A DNA stretch of 64,000 bases, from positions 62,001 to 126,000 of the IMG/VR virus record IMGVR_UViG_3300042907_001080, one strand, 5' to 3'. The notes below the pieces were generated by a model. The model was not told where the DNA came from, searched no databases, and saw only the letters and a program-made list of their open reading frames with translations. Shown piece by piece: positions 1 through 9,600 of the stretch. The translations under genes and the position numbers were made by a program. Position 1 is the first letter of the stretch. The number at the start of each line of letters is the position of its first letter.

Positions 1-3
1 ACC

Positions 4-11
4 TATAAATA
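4..11 (+). promoter_or_regulatory. T4-type late promoter TATAAATA
   Basis: Exact T4 gp55 consensus, and a gp55-like gene is in the window. Confidence 0.6.
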
Positions 12-15
12 AACA

Positions 16-252
16 GTGACTTTGACTATCAAAATACTACAAGATGACTGCGCTGTGAGTCCTGTTTTTCTCAAAGCCGTGGAATATCTTATAGAAAAAC
101 AAAATAATACAGATCAGTTGTCTTTAGATCTACAGTCTGTGATTAGACATCACTGGCAAACAGAATTTAAATCATCAATTTCTGAAGATTGGAGTTGCAT
201 TGAGTTTTCAAATAGTTTAGATCTGATGACTTTTTCATTGAAATTCAGTTGA
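16..252 (+). CDS. hypothetical protein (78 aa, GTG start)
   Basis: ORF starts 4 nt after a perfect TATAAATA late-promoter box (4-11). No recognisable motif. Confidence 0.5.
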   Translation: MTLTIKILQDDCAVSPVFLKAVEYLIEKQNNTDQLSLDLQSVIRHHWQTEFKSSISEDWSCIEFSNSLDLMTFSLKFS

Positions 253-589
253 TTTCATCTACCCATACATTGTTGGTAGCAAGATCTATATCATATGTTG
301 CAAGAAATTCCTGAACCCTATTCGAAGCATCTTTTCCAAAAAATGTCAACGAATGGAACTTTGTTTCCGCTAACACAGGATAATAAACCAAATAGAATTC
401 ACAATAAGGATCCCAGGCAGCGTATACACCTATTACACCTGGTTTAAAATAAATTTCTTCCCAAACTGTTATATCTGCAACACAAGGAGTAGCAGTAGTT
501 TGCAAATTGTTAGACGAGATGTTTTGACAATAATTTTTATAAAACTTGTGACTGAATATCTCGTCGCTGGAAATAAAACGGGTGGCCAT
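245..589 (-). CDS. hypothetical protein, paralogue of 4028..4456
   Basis: WEEIYFKPGVIGVYAAWDPYCEFYLV matches WEQICYKTGGIGLYAAYLPYAEFYIV of the other ORF; both also have WVD near the C-terminus. ATAAATA lies 6 nt upstream. Confidence 0.75.
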   Translation of the reverse strand: MATRFISSDEIFSHKFYKNYCQNISSNNLQTTATPCVADITVWEEIYFKPGVIGVYAAWDPYCEFYLVYYPVLAETKFHSLTFFGKDASNRVQEFLATYDIDLATNNVWVDEIN

Positions 590-595
590 AATCAG

Positions 596-629
596 TATTT
601 ATGAAATAATTCCGTTGCTCTCTTAAATA
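596..629. promoter_or_regulatory. divergent late-promoter pair (ATAAATA on minus 596-602; TTAAATA on plus 623-629)
   Basis: TAAATA cores upstream of both divergent genes. Confidence 0.5.
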
Positions 630-656
630 GCATAGCTCGTATAAAAGGACAACAAT

Positions 657-1286
657 ATGACCGTGGTAATAAACAATTTTTTTCCTGGGGAACTACAGCC
701 AAGCACTGTGATAGCAGGTTGTATTGCCATTTATGAAAATGCCTGGCCGAACCCAGAGAACACTATCAAGATGGTGGAAAACGCAGCTTCTAATTCAGAT
801 TCCGGAGTGCATTGGCAACGAGCCGAAACCACTCAGGAAGGACCACATCAAACACACAGAACAAACAAAATGATGGGAGTTACTCATCTAGCAGGAATTA
901 CCAATAATGCTGTATTACAAAATGTTCATAATCAGTTCTATATGTTATTATTAGCAGCATCAATTCCCTATGCTAAAAGATTTAATATCAAGGAAGGTCT
1001 TTGGCACGAACATTATCAAATGTTAAAATACGATCAAGGCGAAGAATACAAAGGACATTATGATGGCGGAACTCCTATAGGAAGAGCAATATCTTGCTTG
1101 TGTTATTTAAATGACAATTTTGAAGGAGGTGAGTTGGAATTTCCTAATTTTCACGTAAAAATTAAACCTGAACCCGGAATGTTAATTTTGTTCCCATCCA
1201 ACTATGCGTATCTACACATTGCACACCCAATAACATCTGGCACAAAATACAGCATGGTAACGTGGATCAAGGATAGAGAAATATAA
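657..1286 (+). CDS. 2OG-Fe(II) oxygenase, prolyl-4-hydroxylase-like
   Basis: HYD...YLNDNFEGGELEF...LILFPS...H.AHPITSGTKY gives the HxD...H triad with a distal Lys, as in P4H-type enzymes. SD AGGA. Confidence 0.9.
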   Translation: MTVVINNFFPGELQPSTVIAGCIAIYENAWPNPENTIKMVENAASNSDSGVHWQRAETTQEGPHQTHRTNKMMGVTHLAGITNNAVLQNVHNQFYMLLLAASIPYAKRFNIKEGLWHEHYQMLKYDQGEEYKGHYDGGTPIGRAISCLCYLNDNFEGGELEFPNFHVKIKPEPGMLILFPSNYAYLHIAHPITSGTKYSMVTWIKDREI

Positions 1287-1287
1287 T

Positions 1288-1956
1288 ATGTATTTTCCTT
1301 CTCTGTGTGTAGATAATTTTTATAACGATCCGAATGTGATCAGAGAGTTTGCGTTATCTTTAGAATTCAAAACAACTTCTAATGTGCCATGGCCTGGCAA
1401 AAGATCACCTTCCCTAGATTCTGTAAATCCTGTATTTTTTAAAAATTTCTGCGATAAGCTATTTTCCCTGACCTTTGATTTTAAAAAAACCAACAGTGTT
1501 AAATGGGCTGTGGAAACCTACTTCCAAATTGCAGAACCAGATCAATACTCATCAATCAATCAAGGATGGATTCATGCAGACTATAAGCCATATGCTGGGG
1601 TGATATATCTCACTCCCGGTATAGATACGGGCTGCGGCACTTCGTTGTTTAGACCAAAAAAACCATTTGATATACCGATCAATCTAGAAGAAAAACAAGA
1701 TATGTTTTTGAACTTTGATAGAACTAAAACTGATTTCTATAATGAAAAGCTACAGGAAAACAACAGTCTATTTGAAGAAACTGTGAATTTTAAAAATATC
1801 TATAATAGAATTGTTGCCTATGACGGATTCCAGTATCATGGTGTAAATAAATTTACAGGGCATGATAACAGGCCCAGACTTACACAGGTATTTTTTATTC
1901 AAGAAGTAAGTTCTGATTATTTTCCTATTCCTGCATCGAGACAAATATTATTATGA
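1288..1956 (+). CDS. putative 2OG-Fe(II) oxygenase (DUF6445-like)
   Basis: VDNFY..P...R, WPGKRS, IHAD, AGVIYLTP, GTSLF, YNR....G..YHG, RLTQVFF: HxD...H...R pattern. Confidence 0.75.
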   Translation: MYFPSLCVDNFYNDPNVIREFALSLEFKTTSNVPWPGKRSPSLDSVNPVFFKNFCDKLFSLTFDFKKTNSVKWAVETYFQIAEPDQYSSINQGWIHADYKPYAGVIYLTPGIDTGCGTSLFRPKKPFDIPINLEEKQDMFLNFDRTKTDFYNEKLQENNSLFEETVNFKNIYNRIVAYDGFQYHGVNKFTGHDNRPRLTQVFFIQEVSSDYFPIPASRQILL

Positions 1957-2756
1957 AATTTCCGTATTTTTTTACTAGACAAGAAGAAGTGGTAGTAGAC
2001 TGCTTTACTCATCTTGCACATGCCTACGACTACGCTAAAATTGACTGGGCTATGAAGTATGCTCCGGATTGGTGGAGACAGTTGCCATCAAAAGTGCCAG
2101 ACTCTGATCCCCCTTTGGTAACCATAAAACATTGTAACGCAATTATAGAATACTATAAAAAAGGCATAGCTATTCCTTCATGGTTTGAAATGAATATGAT
2201 GGTAAATCCCATAGGATCTGAAAAAGAGTGGGAATGGGTGAGTTCTAACGGGGACGTTTCTACTCCTACTAATCATCCAGGTGTGCAATTTCCTGGCTTT
2301 GCTGGCCAGCATGGTCATAATATAAAACTTATTTCTCCCTGGGCAATTAAAACTAAAAAAGACATGAATTTTACTTGGACTGAACCGTTATGGAATATGC
2401 AAGACACCCATGGAGTTATATCAGTATTGCCTGGCTTAGTGAACTACAAATATACCCATGCCACTGAAATTAACCTATTTGTAAAACAGACCAAAGAATT
2501 GCAAACTTGCACCATACTGCCGTTGACTCCACTGGCTATTATGCACCCTATGACTGAAAAGAAGATCAAACTTGTGCATCATTTGGTCACTCAGTCCGAA
2601 TATCAACGAGTATTTGGCATTGATAAATTTGTGATGAAAAGAGATGAATATCGTGATTCTACTCAACTTTATAATAACAAAAAAAGACTGCATGAAAAAA
2701 TAGAACAACAAGCACTTGGTTGTCCTTTTCATCAAGGAGCTTCAAATGGAAAATAA
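1953..2756 (+). CDS. conserved phage hypothetical protein (oxygenase-cluster associated)
   Basis: 267-aa ORF with ATGA overlap. Motifs PDWW, TIKHC, IPSW, KLISPW, LPGLV. Confidence 0.75.
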   Translation: MKFPYFFTRQEEVVVDCFTHLAHAYDYAKIDWAMKYAPDWWRQLPSKVPDSDPPLVTIKHCNAIIEYYKKGIAIPSWFEMNMMVNPIGSEKEWEWVSSNGDVSTPTNHPGVQFPGFAGQHGHNIKLISPWAIKTKKDMNFTWTEPLWNMQDTHGVISVLPGLVNYKYTHATEINLFVKQTKELQTCTILPLTPLAIMHPMTEKKIKLVHHLVTQSEYQRVFGIDKFVMKRDEYRDSTQLYNNKKRLHEKIEQQALGCPFHQGASNGK

Positions 2757-3423
2757 AGACTTTTTTGAAAAAAACAAATACTTAGTATTAAGATCCGCAA
2801 TCTCCACGGAACTAAGAGATTTTGTCACTCAATATGCTCTGTTTGATGAAATGCAAGATTTCACTCCGGAAAAAGCCTTAATGGGCGACGGAGCTCAGTG
2901 TGCTGAAGCTCATTCAAAATACTGTGATCCTGCAATGGAAAGCATGTTGTTGCATCTGCAACCTGTGCTAGAACAAGCAGTGGGTTTTTCTCTGTTTCCA
3001 ACTTATTGCTATTATAGAGTTTATAGAAACGGTGACACACTTACTCCCCATGTAGATAGGCCTAGTTGTGAAATTTCTGCAACTCTGTGTTTCAATTTCA
3101 ATTACGATGCTGACAAAGTTTGGTCAATATATATGGATGGTAATCGAGTGGATCTACTACCCGGTGACCTAGCAATTTATCGAGGATGTGATGTGCCTCA
3201 TTGGCGCGAACCTTTCGACAAAGGTCAAGATGCTTGGCAAGTGCAGGCTTTCTTTCATTATGTAGATGCTCATGGACCAAATGCAGAATGGAAATGGGAC
3301 AAACGTGATTCTTTGGGCATGCTAGGCACCGTCCCTAGTCTAGAACTTCTAAAAGAATATAAAACATCTACTAAACCCGGTGATGCTGTGGCTGAGAAAT
3401 CCTATATCCAATACACCAAATGA
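2746..3423 (+). CDS. 2OG-Fe(II) oxygenase-like protein
   Basis: PTYCYYRVYRNGDTLTPHVDRPSCEISATL...GD..IYRGC.V.HWR...QAFFHYV. Start moved to ATG 2746 because AGGAG lies at 2735-2739. Confidence 0.85.
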   Translation: MENKDFFEKNKYLVLRSAISTELRDFVTQYALFDEMQDFTPEKALMGDGAQCAEAHSKYCDPAMESMLLHLQPVLEQAVGFSLFPTYCYYRVYRNGDTLTPHVDRPSCEISATLCFNFNYDADKVWSIYMDGNRVDLLPGDLAIYRGCDVPHWREPFDKGQDAWQVQAFFHYVDAHGPNAEWKWDKRDSLGMLGTVPSLELLKEYKTSTKPGDAVAEKSYIQYTK

Positions 3424-4019
3424 TAGACGGTTGGTTCCCCACACTGATCTACAATGATACATTAAATTTTCAACATAGACAGTATCTTGTAAACAAGGCC
3501 AAGACCATATATTTTCAGACTCAAGGTCATACTGTTACCAAGTGGGCCTGTGATACCTACAATACTGTGGGATTTTATGATTATAGATCTGATCAAGACA
3601 CTATAGTTATATCCTTGATTGAGCTGCTTCGAAACAAGGTACACGAATTTGGTAAAAACTACGGTATTAATCTTCCCATCGAAACTCTTTACTGCAAAGA
3701 CTTTTGGTTTAATCTTGCAGAACCGGGAGCCTATCAAGAATATCATCAACACACACGATCTCATTTCAGTGTTAGTTACTATCTGTCTGTGTTAGAAAAT
3801 TGTGGAAAAATTCGGTTTAGAAGCATAGAAGCCATGACTGACATGTATACTCTTCCGGTAGAAGGCAATCTTGAAAATTTTGCTAGCAGGAAAACCTGTA
3901 CGTATGAACCAGTAGACGATTTGCTTTTGATATTTAGATCTAATGTTCCACACATGGTGGAAAAAAATTACAGTAAAGAGCTTAGGATTAGCATTAGCGC
4001 AAACTTTGAATATGCCTAG
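3420..4019 (+). CDS. putative 2OG-Fe(II) oxygenase (TIGR02466-like)
   Basis: WFPT.IY, WFN....G.YQEYHQH...FS.SYY, LLIF.S...H.V..N.S...RISISAN: HxH...H...RxS. Confidence 0.85.
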   Translation: MIDGWFPTLIYNDTLNFQHRQYLVNKAKTIYFQTQGHTVTKWACDTYNTVGFYDYRSDQDTIVISLIELLRNKVHEFGKNYGINLPIETLYCKDFWFNLAEPGAYQEYHQHTRSHFSVSYYLSVLENCGKIRFRSIEAMTDMYTLPVEGNLENFASRKTCTYEPVDDLLLIFRSNVPHMVEKNYSKELRISISANFEYA

Positions 4020-4027
4020 TTCCGGAA

Positions 4028-4456
4028 TTAATCAGACAATGTGACATTGCCTTGCTGTTTGGCTCCACCAGGTTGATGCAACCACAGATCTTTATCGTCT
4101 ACCCAGGTTTCTTTTACAGCAACTATCATTCCTACTTCTTTGGCTCTGCGATATGCAGCCTGCATGGAACCTGGGCCGTAAAAACATTCAATATTGCCAG
4201 GTTTTGCCTGTATCCATTTTCCTGTGACAATATAAAATTCAGCATAGGGCAGATATGCAGCATATAACCCTATGCCTCCGGTTTTGTAGCAAATCTGTTC
4301 CCAGATTTCCACATCCTCGATCCTCATTTCTCTATCATATTTCCAATCCACAGTTGGTGGCGCATAAGGAACATCATGATCCATCCAATTCTCATTGAAC
4401 AATTCATCTTCCCAAGGCGCTGTGAATATGTCTCGATTGGTTTTAAAAATTGCCAT
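4028..4456 (-). CDS. hypothetical protein, paralogue of 245..589
   Basis: Shared WE.I....G.IG.YAA..PY.EFY motif; TAATG-coupled to the upstream gene. Confidence 0.8.
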   Translation of the reverse strand: MAIFKTNRDIFTAPWEDELFNENWMDHDVPYAPPTVDWKYDREMRIEDVEIWEQICYKTGGIGLYAAYLPYAEFYIVTGKWIQAKPGNIECFYGPGSMQAAYRRAKEVGMIVAVKETWVDDKDLWLHQPGGAKQQGNVTLSD

Positions 4457-5400
4457 TAGTTAGGATACCTTACTACCACTAGGCCGCTGGCACCGTATCC
4501 CGAACCTGCACCCCAGCCAATGTTTGGAGCCCAGTATGAGCCTGCGCCGCCGCCTGATCCGGAATTAGCTGTATAGGCATGAGTTACTCCCCATCCTCCG
4601 CGAGGATCTTGACTGTATGAATAGTAGCTGTAGCCCCAATTTGGAGTAGATCCGTGACCTCTACCGCCACCGCTGGCTCCATCTCCACCTGGTTCTGAGC
4701 TGTTACCACCACCACCACCACCACCTGCTCGAGCTAATGCAGAGCCAGTGATTGAGCTGCTGGTACCAAGTCCACCTTGATGATTCTGACCGGCTTGACT
4801 GGACCCACCACCGCCACCGCCCGACCAAGTATATGTGTATGGACTACCTGGAAACCCTTGACCCGGTTGGCTCGAACCGGCGCCGTAGCCGTAGGCTGCT
4901 CCGCCACCACTTCCACCGTATTGGCCGGCTGAGCCATGATAATAGCCGCCGTAACCTCCATAGATGCCCTGTATAGGTCCAAGATTACTAGAAGCGCCAT
5001 TTGCACCGCCATTGTAAGGTTGAGGTCCACCACCTGTGCCAACTGTAACTGGCGTCGTGCCTGTTGTCAGGGGTGTGGTGCCTGATAGGTATCCTCCGGC
5101 ACCGCCGCCACCATTGCCGTTGGTGCTGTATCCCTGGCCGCCGCTGCCGCCACCGCCAATAACTAGATACTCCACAGTTATACCAGCGGCGGTATTCACC
5201 AAATTCATTGCTGAATTTTTGTATTGGTCTTTGACTTTGACATTTAGCTGATGATCTCCCACGGTGGTAAACATGTGAATGGTATAGCCGCCAGCAGTGT
5301 ATACTTTATCACCGCCAGTGATTTCATAGATAGATTCCGAAATTGCTTTTTCGGGCTGTTGAATATTTGATTGACTTCTTATTGTGCTGATAAAAGGCAT
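4456..5400 (-). CDS. glycine-rich virion/tail-fibre-associated protein
   Basis: TGG...GGYTIH.FT, VEYLVIGGGGSGG, GGGGAGG, C-terminal G.SG.VVVRYP, typical of phage glycine-rich domains. SD AGGAG. Confidence 0.8.
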   Translation of the reverse strand: MPFISTIRSQSNIQQPEKAISESIYEITGGDKVYTAGGYTIHMFTTVGDHQLNVKVKDQYKNSAMNLVNTAAGITVEYLVIGGGGSGGQGYSTNGNGGGGAGGYLSGTTPLTTGTTPVTVGTGGGPQPYNGGANGASSNLGPIQGIYGGYGGYYHGSAGQYGGSGGGAAYGYGAGSSQPGQGFPGSPYTYTWSGGGGGGSSQAGQNHQGGLGTSSSITGSALARAGGGGGGGNSSEPGGDGASGGGRGHGSTPNWGYSYYSYSQDPRGGWGVTHAYTANSGSGGGAGSYWAPNIGWGAGSGYGASGLVVVRYPN

Positions 5401-5415
5401 ATATTTCTCCTATGC

Positions 5416-6318
5416 TTACGATATAATAAAACTTTGGGCACCAGTTGATGTAAACTGATGAAGTTTATATCCGGCGGGTGTTGTGACTGTACCACCAGTG
5501 GCGCTAACGGAACCAGTGACCAAGGTGTGAACTACCAACCAGGTGTCTGTGCTGCGTTTTCTACAAAATAATTGTTCGTTAGCATTCATAGCCCCAGTAC
5601 CAGTATTTCCTGTGAGTGTGACTCCAGCACCTGCTGTGAGAGCTACACTACCCGTGTTGATTCTAGCTATGCTGATCACTGTGCCTATGGGATACGCCAC
5701 ACTGCTATTGGGAGGTATGGTTATAGTTGCTGAGCTGGTGTTGTTCATGGTAACAACTTTTCCAGCGTCTTCTAATACACAGGTATAACTGCTTGTCTGC
5801 ACATTTTCTACTTGGAGACTTGTAGCCAGTCCTGCTACTCTTAACTCAGTGACACTTAATGTTCCTGTGCTGGGCTGGAAAGTCAATTTTGAAGAACTAC
5901 GTCTCACTGAGGTGATAGTAGTATCTGTAGTAGATGTAGTCAACGTCACAAAGTGAGATGCAGCATCAGAGGTATTATCCGTTAAAGATAATCCGGCAGT
6001 GGCCCAACTTAACACACCTGATCCATTAGTTGATAACAACTGTGTGTTTGTGCCGTCTGTACCGGGCAGTGTCCAGGTTACATTTGATGAGACTGTAGCT
6101 GGGCCTTGAAACGCCACCCAGTTTGAACTATCTGAATCTGCAAATCGAAGATCCCCCTGAGCCTGTAGCTGTGCATCACCAGCTATTTTAAATATGCCAG
6201 TGCCGGCAGGATCTATGGTAATGTCCAGATCGTCAGCAGCAGTTAGGGTGGTGTTATCTATATTAAAACCACCAACTCCTGAGCCGCCTGCTGTTCCTGC
6301 TGTATGTTTTCTACCCAT
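5416..6318 (-). CDS. tail fibre-like structural protein
   Basis: LRF.DSDSSN.V.F..PATV.SN.T.TLP..DG...Q.L.TNGSG.LSW fibre motif; TITIPPNSSVAYPIGT domain; C-terminal ATGGTVTT..GYK.H.FTS.G. Confidence 0.75.
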   Translation of the reverse strand: MGRKHTAGTAGGSGVGGFNIDNTTLTAADDLDITIDPAGTGIFKIAGDAQLQAQGDLRFADSDSSNWVAFQGPATVSSNVTWTLPGTDGTNTQLLSTNGSGVLSWATAGLSLTDNTSDAASHFVTLTTSTTDTTITSVRRSSSKLTFQPSTGTLSVTELRVAGLATSLQVENVQTSSYTCVLEDAGKVVTMNNTSSATITIPPNSSVAYPIGTVISIARINTGSVALTAGAGVTLTGNTGTGAMNANEQLFCRKRSTDTWLVVHTLVTGSVSATGGTVTTPAGYKLHQFTSTGAQSFIIS

Positions 6319-6331
6319 GGTATTCTCCTAG

Positions 6332-6652
6332 TTAGGCCGTTGCAGTTTCAATGCCATAGACCACTGCATTGACACCAGTAGCACTGGAACGAACTACCAG
6401 TAATTTTGCTGCATCCATAACAATACCGGTGCGTTCTAACACACCTTTAGGAGATAGACTCACGTCATATTCCAGCCATTCAGCGTCAGTGGGTGACGCA
6501 GAACTTGCTAGTGCTATTCGTATCAGTGCTGCACTTGCACCACGATTTACCACACTGACTGTTGCCACTGTGAATGTTGTAGCAGGCACTGTATACAGTG
6601 TTGTCAGCGTGACTGCTGATAAATCTGCGGTTCCTAATCTTCCTGTTGCCAT
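6332..6652 (-). CDS. small virion structural protein (paralogue of 20558..20890 and 23900..24301)
   Basis: T.LYTVPA......VSV.N...; C-terminal G.E; beta-rich. SD GGAG and TAAATA (6673-6678) upstream. Confidence 0.75.
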   Translation of the reverse strand: MATGRLGTADLSAVTLTTLYTVPATTFTVATVSVVNRGASAALIRIALASSASPTDAEWLEYDVSLSPKGVLERTGIVMDAAKLLVVRSSATGVNAVVYGIETATA

Positions 6653-6675
6653 AATTTATTTCTCCATGTATATAT

Positions 6676-9600
6676 TTAGTTCAAAAAGTAGTTGAATGCC
6701 AGGGGAACTCCGGTAACTCCGCCTCTGAATTCAAAATTAGCATTTATTTTAATTGGGCCGCCAGTAGTAGTAGTTATAATGTTAGAACTAATAAACACAC
6801 TACCTGCTGTGATAGAGTTCACGTTCAAACTTGCACCACCACCTCCAATTTGGCCCGCAATATAAGCTTTGATTGCTCGCTGTGTGGGCACAATATTATC
6901 CGAATCTGCTGTAAAGAATGGATCTGTTGAAAATTCAGTGATTGTAGCTGAACCGCCGCCTAGTGTTACGTTGCCCAAGTTAAGTTCTTGCAGTCCGCTA
7001 ATGTTAAATGCATCTGCATTCAGTGTAGCAATACCAGTGCTTTGCTCGATAGCAAACAGATCACCAACACGGAAGTTACCGTCTTGGTCTGTGGAGGTAA
7101 AGAACACTCGACCTCCTCCGTTGTCCACAGCTTCGTTGGCAGGAATAGCAGGTTGATTAGGCGCACCGGGATAATTAGTGTCAATGAAACTGCCTGTGCC
7201 TATGTCCAAGAAATCGTGTCCAGTTAATCTAACCTGACTGTATCTAATCCTAGTTTCAACACTAACTCCGTCTGCCGGAGCTTCTGATCTTGTCAGTTGT
7301 GGGCTAATTTGGAAGAATGCTGTGTAAGCACCCTCGTTTTCACCCAAGAATGTGATCACGTTGACCAACTTAAAAGTTCTGTCAGGTAGATGACTGAACA
7401 CCACGTTGGCTCCGGGCACTGGTTGAATGCTGATTCTTCTCAGCGCCACAAACGAACCAGGTTGGAATAGGTTGGAATAACCATCACCTATGTCTACTTC
7501 ACCGCTACCTGTGACATAACCCGATCCTCTGTTAACAAAACTAGGATTAGCTAACACACCGCTGCCGGTTCTCACGGTCACGGGGGATTCAAATGTGTTA
7601 TTAGGATCAGTGAATGTAATTGTTGGCGCCGAGGCATATCCCGATCCAGGCTCTGTGATATTAACCTGGAACAGTTTGTCAGCAGCCACTTTAGCACGAC
7701 CTCTAGCAGTGGCTCCGGTTCTAATATAAGTGGCCACTGTGCCTGTGCTGCCACCTACACCTACAAACAGGCCGTAGCGATTTCTATTACCAAAAGTGAT
7801 TGCTGAGAAACCGCTAGCTGCCGTAGAAGTAGTTCTAGTGGTCCATGTTACTCCGTCTGGCGATGTTGCTGCTGCTGTAGTTGTGCTCACGGCAAGGAAT
7901 ACTCCCTGACCGTATGTAACTTTGGTCCACGATGCTGTAGCTGGTAATGTGCTAGATGACCAAGTTATACCGTCTAAACTATAGGCAGCAACAGTGCCGC
8001 TGGTGCTCGAAATAGCAACAAATCTGTTGTTACCATAGGCGATACTGTTCCAGTTTGACGAACTCGGCAATGTGCCTGCAGTCCATGTTCCTGTAACTGT
8101 GGTTGATGTGGCATGATTGGTAACATTAGTGCCGCTCTTAATTGCAACAAATCTATTTTTACCGTAGGCTATGGCTGTGAATCCAGTCGTGGTCAATGTG
8201 CCTGTCTGATCCCATGTTTCGCCGTCATTGCTGATTCTCACTGTGGTTACATCGCTGCTGACTGCCACAAATTTCTGTGCACCGAAGGCCACATCGACCC
8301 ATACCGCAGAAGTCTGCATGCTGGTTGCTGACCAGGTAATACCGTCACTACTGTATGCTCCGGTAGTATTTGCACTTGTGCCTGCTACTGCTACGAATTT
8401 GCTGACCTTGCCCACTGTGGAATTGTCGTCAAACAGACCGGCGGCCATTGCAGACCAGTTCGCTCCGCTTGGCATCAAGCTAGTTTGTGAAGTCCAATTA
8501 ACGCCATCTTCTGATGTTGCACCAGCGGTAACTCCATTGCGTAGAGCTACATATCTGCCACCTATGCCGTAACCTGAGTGATCAAAATCTAAGATAGCAC
8601 CTGTGGTAGAATTCACTGCGGTAATAGTAATTATTAAATCGTTGGCAGGAGTTGTGCCGCCTAGACTATTACCTAAAATTGTTATGGTTTCTAGTCTGGT
8701 ATATCCTGTGCCTGCGCTCTGTGTTGATGGTGTATATTTCCATCCATTGCGTATCACGGTGAATGTGGCTCCTACTCCTGTGCCTGTATATGTGCCTGTG
8801 ACTGTAGTATACACCGCAGCAGTTTCGCCATATTTCACTGCTGTCCAGGCTCCGCTGGTTGGCAGAGTGGCAGCTGTGCTGGTGTATCCAGGCGCTGAGA
8901 ACGTTACTCTAGGTTCAATGATATATGTCGAAGAAGCATCTGGAGATATAATTGCTGTGCCTGCTACTAAATGATCAAAACCTGCTGTACCGTCGGATTC
9001 TTTGATCAGCCCAGCTACTTTTGTACCTGAATTATATGTGGTGATAATACCAAACTGACCAACACCTGCGCCACCTGTGAGCACTATCTTCATGCCTATG
9101 TAAGCAGAACTAGATTCGCCGTCTGTGGCAGCTATGGTTACAGAAGTCAATGTTCCACCTTGGGCAGTGTTGGAGTTTGTGATATAACCAAATCCGCCAA
9201 GATTTCCCTCAGCCTCAGGAGCATTAGTGCTGTCGTCAATTAGGTCTAACATTCGAACTTCAAACACAGCGTCATCACGGAATTCATCTGCTTCGACTAT
9301 AGCTCCGGAGCCGCCGCCGGTGAGTGTATAAGTGACTTCTGTATAGTCAATACCTGCATTTGTGAATTCTAATTGCACCAATGCTGATCCGTCAGTGATA
9401 ACACGATCGATCTCTGCGTCAAATTGCAGTCTATTATCAACTATGGCTGTGCCGGCAGTTTCAGAGTTGTCAACCCCTTCTGCTACAGAACCAAAATCTC
9501 CGTATGAATTGTTGCCGTTTGTTCCGCGGATACGTCCGCCATTTTCAGCCAAATATCCAATGTGAGCATAGTAAGTAAACACTGAAACAAGTTCAGCACG

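Noticed and set aside
4456-5400. Collagen-like substrate for the neighbouring prolyl-hydroxylase-like enzyme
   Set aside because: The glycine runs are GGGG/GGxG type, not Gly-X-Y triplets.
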